This document shows, in pieces, positions 12,561 to 25,628 of a stretch of DNA of 64,000 nt. The stretch is from Octopus sinensis (Eukaryota): positions 42,160,001 to 42,224,000 of the forward strand of contig NC_043008.1 in NCBI RefSeq assembly GCF_006345805.1, read 5' to 3'. The notes under the pieces were generated by a model, which worked only from the letters and a program-made list of their open reading frames with translations, did not search any database and was not told the DNA's origin. Positions within the stretch are counted from its first letter, which is position 1; every line of letters begins with the position of its first letter. Both the position numbers and the translations under genes were made by a program.

Positions 12561-13105
12561 CATTATCATTATTATTATTATTATTGTTATTATTATTGAG
12601 TGAGAGAGCAATGCATGCCATCAAAGTGACACTGGAGTACAAATATACGAAGTCTAACACACCATGACTACTCGTCTGATAAGGTTACACTAGCACATGC
12701 ATCACAACCATATGTGTGCGACATGGTGAGCTCATATCAAGATAAACAGCGCCTGACCTTTAAGGTGGGTCTCGGGATATTCCTCAGGTCGAGTAATCCA
12801 TTCCACTCAAAAGTTCCCTGAATAAGGGTTGTTTAAATATGTTGAACGAACCATCTATGTTTCCAGAGGTGAATTATCCAAAACCCAAAGAATTCCTTTC
12901 AACACATGGCTATGATGCTCCCCCAACAAATTATGCTCATGATCAGAGTTGTACATATTGTCAGCCACTAAGTGACATACTCACTGTTTAAGGTCAAGCA
13001 ACTGACAAGCAAATCTGTAGTATTGACTAATATATATGTCGTAACCCAGCTTTTATACCAAGACAAAACATGTATATGATAGCTCTTCATATCAGTCAAG
13101 ATCAA
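12245..13105. repeat. (ATT)n/(TAG)n tracts with embedded interspersed repeat fragments (12361-12450, 12598-13105)
   Basis: Complex sequence blocks have sharp borders against trinucleotide tracts, like the LINE insertions at 20-22.7 kb. I recognised no coding motif. Confidence 0.5.
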
Positions 13106-13229
13106 CTATTATTAATGTTGTTGTTGTTGTCGTCGTTGTTGAGATAACGATGATGATGATGACGATAAAGCGGAGACAGAGGAAACATAGAAATAGTCAT
13201 AACGAGATATCACTGGTTTCGTGTTGGAT

Positions 13230-13430
13230 GAAGGAGGTGACGGTGGTCATGTTCTTGATTATTATGATCATCATTATGGCCGTCGTCGGTCTTGCGATCC
13301 TCTCCATCATCATCATGATCATCAGCATCAACTTCATCATCATCGTCATCATCATCGTTGTGTCGTCATCATCAACATCATCATCGTCATCATCATCATC
13401 ATCGCCATCATCATAACCATCATCATCGCC

Positions 13431-13478
<48 letters not shown>

Positions 13479-13496
13479 GCCATCATCGCCATCACC

Positions 13497-13551
<55 letters not shown>

Positions 13552-13793
13552 CAGAGGCAGCAGTCACAAGAGCAGTAGCCGAGGCATGAACACCTCCGAT
13601 ACCATCCTAACCATCACAATCATCGCCGTTGCCGACATCATTATATAATAATCGTTATCATCATCATTGCCAAATTCGTTATCCTCCGCTTCCTCCTCCT
13701 CCTCCGTCACATCATCATCATCACCATCATCATCGTCATCATCATCATCGTCATCATCACCATCATCATCACCATCATCATCATCGTCATCAC

Positions 13794-13828
<35 letters not shown>

Positions 13829-13900
13829 CCATCATCACCATCATCATCATCATCACCATCATCATCGTCATCACCATCATCATCACCACCATCATCATCA
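13230..13900. repeat. Degenerate (CAT/CAC/CGT)n trinucleotide array
   Basis: Directly visible. It produces the spurious poly-His, poly-Ile, poly-Ser and poly-Met ORFs. Confidence 0.95.
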
Positions 13901-14300
13901 ACGGTATAAAAGAAGCCGACTTCTTTTTCTAAAATGAAAGCTAACGAAAAACGATCGATAAATTTGAATTACTTCAAATGACTGAAATTTTTTTGCTTGT
14001 TTTTTGTTTCATGAAGAAAAATATGTGACGCATGCGCACATATACACACCCTCTCTCTCCATCACAAAAAACGCATACACACAAATATACATATACATAC
14101 GCGCAAGCAAACACTCATATTTCATATGTGCTAATGTGTAACGATATAAATATCAATACATATATATGGATGTATATATATATATATGTGTGTATGTATG
14201 TGTGTGTGTGTGAATGTGCGTGTGTGCGTGTATGTGTGTGTAGATTGATAGATAGAAAATATGTGTATGTGTATACATAAATATATATATGTATATGCAT

Positions 14301-14346
<46 letters not shown>

Positions 14347-14452
14347 GTGTGTGTATGTATATATATATATATGCAGGTACATATATGTGCATATATATAT
14401 GTATGTATATATATATATACATATGTATAGGCATATATATGTATATATATAC

Positions 14453-14553
<101 letters not shown>

Positions 14554-14575
14554 TATACACACATATATATATATA

Positions 14576-14642
<67 letters not shown>

Positions 14643-15889
14643 GGGTATGTGTGTAAGGAAAGAAATTGTGGAATATTTTATAGTTTCTTAATTTTCTTAT
14701 TTTATCTTTTTTATATTTATTTAATTTTTGTTGTTGTCGCCTTTTCCTCGTACTATCGCTGTTGTTTTTCTTGTTAACGGTTTTATTGTTTTTATATTTT
14801 TGTATCTCTGTTGTTGTTCTTCTTCTTAAGTGTTTATTGTTTTATTGTTTCTGCGATTCCTTTTACCTTCTTTGATTCCATTGTTCCGTTCAATCATTAA
14901 ACATCTTAGTTTCAATTACCATCATTGTACATTCCACAATGTACGTTCACTCTTCACTTGCGGAGACACAAAAACACTCATGCATGCAGACTGATCTCTG
15001 CTTCTTTCTTTCTCTCTTTCTTTCTTGCTTTCTTCCTGTCTTTTTAACCTTATTTCTTTATTTCGTTCTTTCTTTCTTTCTCTTGCTCTCCCTGTCTCTC
15101 TCTCTCAGACACCCACACGTCAAAATACAAGCTCTCCCTAACTCTTCCCCTCAGTCTGTCTCTCTGGACCTCTTTCGCTTGTACAAGTGTGTCAGTGTGT
15201 GTGTGTGTCTGTATGTTGTTTGTGTGTGTATGTCTGTACTTGTATGTATATATAATACATATATAGCATGTGCACATAAATATGTATATATATATATATA
15301 TACACAAACACATGATTTTGTAGAAGTAATATACATCTATATATGAATATATACATTGATATCCCTCTTTATTCATATATACAAATATATGTATGTATAT
15401 ATGTATGTATACATACATATATACGTATATACACACATATACGTATAGAGGGAATTACATTTGTTTGCTTATAGAGGGAAATATAAATATACTTATATGC
15501 AGATGTGTGTGTATACGCTATATGTATATATATTGTGTTTATATGCATGTACTCGCACGCACATACACAAATGCACACACGCACACACCTATATGGATGC
15601 ATCCTTTCCTACCTGCATGCACAGAAAGATACCACTCTCTCTCTCTCTCTCTGTCTCTCTCTTTCCCTTTCGCTCCGTCGCTCCTCCTGTTCTAGTTGAT
15701 GAGGCAAATTCTTAAATTCAATCACCACCACCGCCACCATCACCATCTCAAGTAGCATCGTTACTATCACCATCATCAGCAGTGTTGCTAAGCAACAGCC
15801 ATTTGCTTCATCAGCTATTATGTTCACTATCGTACCCATGTTACTTTCCCTATTGCATTACGCAACTACCAATTCTATATAAACACCAA

Positions 15890-15922
<33 letters not shown>

Positions 15923-16024
15923 AATTAACAGCATCATATTTCTCATCATCGTCACCATCATCATTAACACCACCATCATGATTGTCATCAACGTTGTTAT
16001 CGACATTATCATTGTCAACGTAAT

Positions 16025-16062
<38 letters not shown>

Positions 16063-16585
16063 CAATCAGCAGCAGCATGATTAACGTGATACAGGTAACA
16101 CTAATAAACAACACCTTTATGACTTTTCCGTTGAAAGCTCCTAAATTTGAACCGATTCTGATAAGCATCGGTCACGAAACTCTCAGTTTTACAAGTGATA
16201 AAGGAAATTATCTTATTTCCCACTTCTACTTTTGAAATAAGTCTTAATCCACTCGAATGATTCTGTCAACTTCTGAGGCGATGGTCATCTGTAGATAAGA
16301 GGTCCGGAGAATATGGAGCTTTTTAAGCCTGATAATTTCTCCCATTTGCCGAACGGCTAGTTACCAGGATGTTAACGCATCAACACCGGTTGCCAAGATG
16401 TGGCACGGGACATACAGATACCAAGTCACACTTACACACGTAAACACACACTCACATACACTCACGTGCACATACACATACACACACGCACATTTATCTA
16501 AGATAGGCTTCTTTCAGTTTCTCTCAACCAAATCCATGCGCAAGGCTTTGGTCAGTCCGAAGCTATAGTAGAGGACACCTGCCCA

Positions 16586-16664
<79 letters not shown>

Positions 16665-16724
16665 GTATATATACATATCAAATATATACATATTAAAATA
16701 AGCAACAAGGATATCCAGAGGTAA

Positions 16725-16811
16725 TGCAGTACGATCGTTTCAAGCGACTCCATTTAATTGAACAATGAAAATATTACATCAATTTAAAATGCAAATCAAT
16801 CATCAGCTGCA
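16725..16811 (-). ncRNA. Type I hammerhead ribozyme motif with extended, partly decayed stem II
   Basis: The minus strand reads tgcag-CTGATGA-[58-nt imperfect hairpin with cattt/aaatg and aattga/tcaatt]-GAAAC-gatc-GTA-ctgca. Stem I is 5 bp and stem III is the perfect palindrome ACGATCGT. It sits in a ~240-bp element (16682-16925) between (TA)n tracts. Confidence 0.75.
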
Positions 16812-16928
16812 CAAAAATATAGAATTTAGTTAATTCGAAGGACTCATTAGAATAATTTTGTCCAAATCACCAGAGGATAAGAAGATGGACAAAGAACATG
16901 CTTTACCAAGAACATCACAGTTGTAATA

Positions 16929-16970
<42 letters not shown>

Positions 16971-17137
16971 AATATTAGGAATATATCCAAATTTACAGGG
17001 ATAAAAAAATCAGATTTAGATTACATCCAATTTTATAGTAAAATATTATAAATATTATTTGAGACAAAACCACTATTTGCAAAACAAACAAGGAAAGACT
17101 TAATCATACATAAAATTTAATAAATAGTCAAAAAACG

Positions 17138-17180
17138 CCACTACAATCGTTTCTTGTCTTGATCGACAATCTTCAGGTGG
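17138..17180 (-). ncRNA. Mirror copy of the intact hammerhead motif
   Basis: It is the exact reverse complement of 17220-17262. Confidence 0.85.
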
Positions 17181-17219
17181 ACTTCCAATAATTCAGTTAC
17201 AAACTGAATTATTGGAAGT

Positions 17220-17262
17220 CCACCTGAAGATTGTCGATCAAGACAAGAAACGATTGTAGTGG
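17220..17262 (+). ncRNA. Intact minimal type I hammerhead ribozyme motif, sense to the nAChR pre-mRNA
   Basis: The sequence is ccac-CTGAAGA-ttgtc(gatcaa)gacaa-GAAAC-gatt-GTA-gtgg. All core nucleotides are present, with stem I of 4 bp and stem II of 5 bp. The GUA triplet predicts cleavage after 17258. Confidence 0.85.
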
Positions 17263-17345
17263 CGGTTTTTTTGACTATTTATTAAATTTTTATGTATTGA
17301 TTAAGTCTTTCTTGTTTGTTTTGCAAAAATGGTTTGTCTCAAATA

Positions 17346-17397
<52 letters not shown>

Positions 17398-17405
17398 TAC
17401 ATACA

Positions 17406-17437
<32 letters not shown>

Positions 17438-18033
17438 CAAATATTATATGTATACTTCCAAATATGTGAGTGTGTATATGCTAGTTCTTCAACCTTTTAC
17501 ATGTCTTCCTGTTGTCCAGCTGTTTAACATATCTTTTTCTCCCTTCCCTTTTGTGTTTGTGGGGGCTGCAGAATAGACCAGGGAATAATTTAACTCAAGC
17601 TTTACAATGAACCAGAGATAGCAAACTATACAACAGACCCTCAAAAGCAGAAGAAATGGATTTTCTGAGTCTCAATGCTGAAGATGGATGCAGGTGATAA
17701 GGCATGAAAATTACGCCAAAACTTTTATACTGATGATAAAAACAATCCAGACTATATTCAGATTTCTTTTACTGTTTTTTTTTTTTAAATAGATTGGACT
17801 CGGTGACATTTTAGAATAAAACTTACTACTAGAGATCTTTGGGTCTATCCTATGTCTATCCTGGCCAAGCAAACCTTCACAAATTTCAATGGATTTCCTC
17901 AATGACAAATATCTAAATTTTCTGATCATGCAATTTCTTATTCAGTGTCAATATTTATTTCTCTCTTACATTTTATTTTCCTTATATTTCTCATGTCACA
18001 CTGACCATGGCTTTCCATTCTTTATAACATGTA

Positions 18034-18066
<33 letters not shown>

Positions 18067-18125
18067 TCTTCCTCTTCCTCTTTCTCTCTCCTTCCTTCCC
18101 TCTTTCCCTCTCTTTCTCTTTCTCC

Positions 18126-18184
<59 letters not shown>

Positions 18185-19056
18185 TTGTCTTTCTTTCTCT
18201 CTCTCTCATTCTCTCTCTTCCGCTTTTCTCTCTCTTTCTTTCTTCCTCTTTCTCTCTCTCTCTCACGGTCTACCTGTCTCTCTCTCTGTCTTCCTCTTTC
18301 TCCATCCCTCTCTCTCTCTCGATCTGTCTGTTTCTTTCTCTCTCTCTTTCTTTCACATACACACCCACACCCAACTCCCTCAAATCTCTGTCATCCACCC
18401 CCTCTTCAATACTCCTCCTCTCTCATTTACTCCTCCTTGCATCTCTCTCCCACACTATTTCCCTTACACACACACACACACACATCCACTCACCCACCCT
18501 CTCTCTCTCTCTTCCCCCCTCTCTCTCTCACTATTATTGCGTGGTTGTGATTGTCGCTTTAACAGCGTTATCTCCGTTTTCAAAAAATGCACATAAGTAT
18601 TTCAACCATCCTTGCATATATATCTGAAAACCCGAAGGCCCCGGCAGCCAGCCTCGTTGCACGTTAATGAAACGACATATTGACAGAGTAGCAAAGAAAA
18701 TACACTCCAACAACATAATTGCAAATAGGATATTTCCCATGATGCACTGCTAATTAAAACGTCTCAAAATTTTCAAGAAGCCTTAGGTGTTATTGTGATT
18801 CACAACATTGATTAAACAAATTGTAGACTAATCTCATTAATATGAGTGTGTGGACGAGTGTGTGTGTGTGTGTGTGCAGTTATATGTCTGTATAAATAGT
18901 TGCTTCAATGTGTGAACGTATTGAGATACAAATTTACCTATTTTCGTATTTACAAACATACATATATATAGATATAGATAGCTATTATGTAGATTTGTAT
19001 AAATGGAGATGTATATACGTACATGCACACATACACACATACACACACACCCTACA

Positions 19057-19115
<59 letters not shown>

Positions 19116-19296
19116 AGATATATAATATATATACAGTGTACACATGCGCAAACACATATACAAATGATTGCCTCAACATATTTTTAATAAATCTGTCACC
19201 GTATTTTAATACGTGTGTGTGTCTACGTATGTATCTGTGTGTGTATGTGTACATAATATCTAAAACATTCATATATATATATATATATATACATTC

Positions 19297-19365
<69 letters not shown>

Positions 19366-19413
19366 TGTGTACTTGCATATGTGTATATGCATACATATAT
19401 GTATAAAGTATTC

Positions 19414-19447
<34 letters not shown>

Positions 19448-19525
19448 ACTTTCACAGAAACACACATACAATAAGAACTATGTCAGTTGTCAGTTAACTT
19501 TCGTTTATTTATTTATTTGCTGTCC

Positions 19526-19602
<77 letters not shown>

Positions 19603-19904
19603 ATTATCATTATTATTATTTTTATTATTATCATTATTATTGCTATAATATTTTTGTATGATAATTACTCGGAAATGAAAGCAAAGGTGTTCCTCTGAAA
19701 TGGTATAGAATTGGATGGGAGGACTTCTGAAAGAAGGAATCTGGTATTCCTGGAAAACATTCATGGAACGATGCCTTCGGTTTAATGATATCATAATGGA
19801 AGAATATTAAGATATGTCATATTTATCGAAAAGAAGAGGATATATGAAAATGAGATACGTATGAGAACTTATCAGAATGCGGATGTTCATAATAAGAAAC
19901 ATGC

Positions 19905-20092
19905 AGGCGTCGAGCTGCCAGAAACGTTAGCACGCCAGGGGAAATGCTACCTTCTAAGTTCAAAATTCGACGAATTTTGCCTTTCATTCTGTCAGGGTCA
20001 ATAAATTAAGTACCAGTTGCGTACTGGGGTCGATCTAATCGACTGGACCGCACCCCTAAAAGTTCAGGCTTTGTGTCTAAAGTAGATAAGAA
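19905..20092 (+). mobile_element. SINE family A copy, internally deleted
   Basis: It reads aggcgtcgagctgccagaaacgttagcacgcc...aagttcaaaattc...taaattaagtaccagttgcgtactggggtcgat. Confidence 0.8.
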
Positions 20093-20108
20093 TATTATTA
20101 TTATTATT

Positions 20109-21668
20109 CAGTAGTTTTATTTTTATAGCGTGCTTTCTCTTCACTACCGAGCGCAGCTCTGTGTGCCTTGGGTATGTGCTGTGATTTGTTGTGATGCTCT
20201 GATGGTTATTGTATGGAATGTGTTCTGCGTAGGATGTGTGCAGTGCCTAGTAGTGCAATTTTCTGTATGTTATATGTGTTTGTAAGTCCTGGTGTTTTTG
20301 TCATGTATTTGTCTGAATATTTTTTTATCATGCCTAATGCACCTACTATGATAGGAATTATTTCTGTTTTCAGATTCCACATTCTAGTTACCTCTATTTC
20401 CAGGTCTTTGTATTTTGAGAGTTTCTCCATTTCTTTTAGAGACACGTTGTCATCTGCCGGTATTGATACATCAATTAGAAAGCATTTTTTTTCTTCATGA
20501 TCTCTGACAACTATATCTGGTCTGTTGGCCTTAATTTCTCTATCTGTGTGTATCGGCATATCCCAGAGTATGGTTGCTTTCTCGTTTTCTGTAACCTTTT
20601 CTGGTGTGTGCCTATACCATCTTTTTTCTGTTGTTATTCCATAATGTTGGCATAGCTTCCAATGTATGTAGGTTCCAACTCTGTCATGTCTGTGAATATA
20701 TTCCTTCTTAGCCAGGACTGGGCAGCTATATGATTTATTGTTTCTTGTCCATCTCCACATATTCTGCAGTTACTTGTAATATTTCTTTTCATTAAATGTT
20801 TTTGGTAATTTCTGGTGGGGAGGCTTTGGTCTTGTGCTGCAATTAAAAATCCCTCTGTTTCTGCTTTGAGTCCTGAGATTCTCAACCATTGCTGGGATTT
20901 TTCTTTGTCTATTTCTTTTGCGTTTAGTTTAGTCCAGTATTTACCATGAAGGGGCTTTTCTTACCATCGTTTTATCATGGCTCGTTGCTGTTCTATTTTT
21001 AGTTTGGATTTCATTTGTTTTATAGCTTTTGTTGTTTCTTCATCATCTTCTTCTTCTTTGTGTTTATTAGGTGGTATGATTTTTTGTTTGTATTTGTCAG
21101 CTTCCTTAAATACGGAGAACAGTTTTTTGTTTTGCCCGTGTTTTGCTGCTACCTGGATCAGTTTTCCTTCCTTCTGAAGTAGGTATTTTTGCAGTACTAT
21201 GGTGGTTATTTTATAGTAGTTTTCCAGCTGTATAAGGCCTCTACCACCTTCTATACGTTGTATATATAGTCTTTCTATGTCAGATTTTGGGTGATGCATC
21301 CTAGATCCTGTCAGTATTTTTCTTGTTTTCCTATCTATTTTGGACAGTTCATTTCGTGTCCAGTTAAGGATATTGTAGCTGTAACTTATAACTGGGACAG
21401 CTAAAGTGTTGATACCTATTATCTTGTTTTTAGCATTGAGCTCTGTTTTTAGTATTGATCTAACTCGTCTATAATATTCTTTTTTTATTTTCTCTTTCAT
21501 TTGTGTGTGTTATGTCTTATCTAGTTCATGGATTCCTAAGTATTTGTAAGTTTGGCTTTGGTTTTATCTAGTGTGATGTTGTTACTCTTAACTAGTTTTC
21601 CTCTTTTCATGGTTACTTTGGCGCATTTTTCTAATCCAAATTTCATATCTATTTCTTTGGTAAATCCA
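20109..21668 (-). mobile_element. 5'-truncated non-LTR retrotransposon with restriction-like endonuclease (R4/Dong-like clade), disrupted
   Basis: It shows the RT C-terminus (MKFGLEKC..., TYKYLGI), a CCHC knuckle CRICGDGQETINHI...CPVL (frameshifted), RHD, the RLE motif RPDIVV...IDVSIP and the terminal QKIALLGTAHILRR. The ORF pieces are 20961-21500, 20634-20885 and 20206-20760. (ATT)n flanks both ends. Confidence 0.92.
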
Positions 21669-21677
21669 TTATTATTA

Positions 21678-21719
<42 letters not shown>

Positions 21720-21720
<1 letters not shown>

Positions 21721-22162
21721 GACGTCGCACATTATACAATATCGTGAGGTTGTTGAGTGAAGATATTGAGTCTACCGAGATTTTGTACTGTTTGTCAAGT
21801 CACAAGGGCCCCAAATAGACTACTTTCCGCAATATACGTGCAGTTCCAAGTAATGCCGACTTTTGCAGTACATCTAGTTTGAAGGGTATTTTCAGATTTC
21901 ATTTTAGATTGGGTGGTATTGAACCCAATGCTCAGATAACAATGGAGATAACCTTTATGTTCGATTCTCGTAGCTGCCACATCTTGGCCATTTCAAGTCT
22001 CCATTTATATCGACCGTTTCTCTTTCTTTCATGAGGATAGGTTGATCTCCTGGCACAGCTACGTCGATTATGAGGCATTCTTATTTGTCCCTCCTAAAGG
22101 TTACAATTATTCGGCCTTCGGTGCTCTAACACTTTGACTGTCTGGAAATCAAAGCCCCAGGG
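21720..22162 (-). mobile_element. Second, distinct RLE-LINE 3' fragment (degenerate)
   Basis: The minus strand translates in pieces as WGFDFQTVKVLEHRRPN, ECLIIDVAVPGDQ and LDVLQKSALLGTARILRKV. (ATT)n flanks both sides. Confidence 0.85.
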
Positions 22163-22226
22163 AATTATTATTATTATTATATTATTATTATTATTATTAT
22201 TATTACTATTATTATTATTATTATTA

Positions 22227-22267
<41 letters not shown>

Positions 22268-22269
22268 TA

Positions 22270-22303
<34 letters not shown>

Positions 22304-22347
22304 CATCATCATTATCATTATTATTATTATTATATATTATTATTATC

Positions 22348-22397
<50 letters not shown>

Positions 22398-22550
22398 CAT
22401 TATTATCATCATCATTATCATCATCATTATTATTATTATCATCATCATCATCATTATAATTATTATATTATCATTATTATCATTATTATTATCATTATTA
22501 TTATTATTATTATTTTTATTATCATCATTATTATTATTATTATTATTATT

Positions 22551-22743
22551 TCCATTTAGCTTCTCTGAACCCTTGGTTTCAGCTGTTTCGGCTAATTCTG
22601 TAAGAGCAGACAGCAATCTGTTGTCAAGGATCTCACTGGGTCTCTCCCCACAATGCATAACATCTAAGTACCAAACTCAAATTTCTCGTTGTCCACAACA
22701 GAGCAGTTATTTAAACCCGTTCCACACTCATGCCAATCCCAAA
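22551..22743 (-). mobile_element. Third RLE-LINE extreme 3' fragment
   Basis: The minus strand reads GIGMSVERV*ITALLWTTRNLSLVL, which resembles the QKxALLGTARILR terminus. A short UTR follows and runs into (AAT)n. Confidence 0.6.
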
Positions 22744-22753
22744 GATAGAAAGG

Positions 22754-22854
<101 letters not shown>

Positions 22855-23367
22855 CATGCATACATGCATACATATGCCTGCCGCTCTCTGTCATTCTTTC
22901 TCTCAATTGCCCTCTCGCTTTTTCTCGCTTTCTCTTTATCACACACATCAAACACATCAAATAAACGATTATATACAGGTGGTGATTGAAAAGATTAAAT
23001 CACCACACCGATAATCATTGATCTTAAACCTGTATCAGAAACCACAGAAACCTACTCACGCTATCTCAGGCATTCGCTATCGACGTCCCTCGCAAATACT
23101 CTTCCCTTGTTATGAAAGTTTCTTGAGAGAATACAAAAATACTTTTCCGTTGCTCTTGTTCTCCATCTTCTCGGCTAGATACAATCAAATCTTCCGCTCA
23201 TATATGGTCATAAAAAATGTTACAATACGAAAGAAACGCAAAATATTTTCTTCTAATAATTCTACAATTTGACTGCTTCGTTGCTGATATTAAATTAATT
23301 GCCTGAAGGAGAGTAATATGTAAAGTTTATCTCGGTGGAATTTGAACTCCGAATGTCAAGACTAGAA

Positions 23368-23470
<103 letters not shown>

Positions 23471-23534
23471 TATATGGCAAATTATCTTATTTAACGTTTT
23501 ATCGGTTCTGCTACATCGCAACCGGTTGTAGACC

Positions 23535-23770
23535 AATATTGATTTCATATATGAAAGTAATATCCTTAATATGGGATCAGCATATTTATCAATCAATATT
23601 GATACTGTATTTGAAAACAATGTCATTAAAGATATAATCGATATTGCTTTGAGAGAAACTGATTCCATACTATAAAACAATATCATTAATATGAGATCGA
23701 TGAGATTAGAAATTAATATTGGTCCCATATTTTTAAATAATGTAATTATGTATGGGATCAATATTGTCCA
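23535..23770. repeat. Degenerate ~60-bp minisatellite, ~4 copies
   Basis: The pattern aatattgat...aaaacaatatcattaatatg-gatc recurs. Confidence 0.6.
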
Positions 23771-25573
23771 TTGCTATTGGAATATTTCTTCCGGTTCTTA
23801 ACAATCTGAAGAATTCTTGGATAATGGAAATAATGCGTTGCCCGGTTTAAAATTACTATCAGATTCTACGGTGCCTTTAGTGGAGTCCATCTATTGGAGG
23901 CATTTGGGGTACATGTTTGGATTGAGGTCACCATTTTGTCTTCCTCCCACCCAACTCAGACGGCTGAAAACAACCATGGACGCTGCCTTTTCGGCCTAGG
24001 TTAGACTTTAAAGCAAAATATTGAAAATATGTGAACTTGATCTAATCGATAATAAAAGTGAATCTGAAACTCAGCAACTTCGGTATATATCGTTTACTAC
24101 TTCTGACATGTTGGCAACCATTTAATTGAAATTTTTGTATTGAAAAGGCGTCAAGTTTCAAGACCAAAAATACCTTTATATACTCACCACAGTACCCGAT
24201 CTCTTCACATCTTCCGTTATCTCCGACTGTGTTGTTTAGTCACTGGTCGATTACATTTTCTATTTTTGTTATAACAAAATCAATCATTTGTCAATAGGAA
24301 ATACTGGACTGAACACGGCTGAAACGATTTTGCTTAAGTGAAACACCGAAGGAAAACTTACACAAGAATAAGTTTGTTCTAACCTGCGACAGGGTTATTT
24401 ATTTTTAGATCCAGTCCTGCCGTGTACATATGTATGGTTGTGATGGTAGTTTTAAAGACGCGGTTAAGCTGGAGAAAGTGAAGCCGTGTCCCTAAATATT
24501 TCATTAAAAGCTTTCAAATTTATTTTGCTGTTAATTTTGAAATCATACATTTTGCTTGGTTTTTCTTTCATTTACCCCTGTAGATACCAACACATACAAA
24601 CATAGAATTTAATTGGTTGCGAACCTGAAGGCACCGGACTTAATTAATTTCCAGAAAGCATGTGAATAAATCCGGTAATAAATCCTAAGCAACTTCCAAG
24701 GACTATATTTAGTTTCATATTTTTCTGGCACTACAGAAATATCGAAGTTGGAACAGCTTCTTCGGAAATATAAACTTGCCGTTCTTGGCTTTCATACTTA
24801 AACAGTAAACAAATTTAACTCATTTTTTTTCTTTCTCTCTTTAGAATTGTCATACAATCTAATAATGATTCCTTGCTTTAAGATTCTCATTGGAACTGTA
24901 TCAACGTCGGTTTATTTGGTATTTTCAACTTGTTTAGTATTTTTAAATTATTTGTTTACTTTTGCGGTGTAATTTACTCTAAAAGAATACTTGTTGGCTA
25001 AATATATTCATTTCCATTAGCTTTTAAGAACTTGTTGCCATTGCTGCTGTTGTGGTTGTTGCTGTTGTTGTTCGTGGATTAACTGTAAAACCAAAAAGAA
25101 TTAAACAAAATTAAAACGAAAGACGAAACATTAATGATAAAGCGAACAATTGCCGTTGTGAAGCAAGTATTTCGACTCTATTTTAAGTGTTCGACAACAC
25201 ACCAAACCAACTTGCCGTAGTTTCTTTTATCAAATGCCGAAAACCAGAAATTGTCTTAAACCAAAAGAAAAAAGAAAAAAAATATATTCTCAAAGATATA
25301 TTTACCCTTCCCTTTGCAATGTAAAAATAATTTTATGTTTCCATAGACATCTTATACATAGATTAGTCTATACTTTAACCATTCCACACAAGACTAGATA
25401 AGTGGGCAGGCAAATTTGGGGGAAAAAGAGAGAGAGGGAGAAATACATAAAGATAGGCAAATACGTTGAAGGAAGCATACAAATATACATACATATATTC
25501 ACACACAAACATAGATATATACATACAAACATACGTACATATATTCATTCACACACACACATAGATGCACACG

Positions 25574-25628
<55 letters not shown>

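Larger units (their letters stand above)
17050..17351. repeat. ~300-bp near-perfect palindrome (fold-back Penelope-like element)
   Basis: The centre is ccaataattcagtt-aca-aactgaattattgg at ~17200. The arms match out to aaatattatttgagacaaa / tttgtctcaaataatattt. It is flanked by (TA)n. Confidence 0.92.

Noticed and set aside
19640-19870. Possible old RT fragment after (ATT)n (NGIELDG, IIMEEY); similarly an RTE-like trace at ~17580-17720 (KLYNEPEIANY)
   Set aside because: There are only a few residues of resemblance across broken frames, which is not supportable without a profile search.
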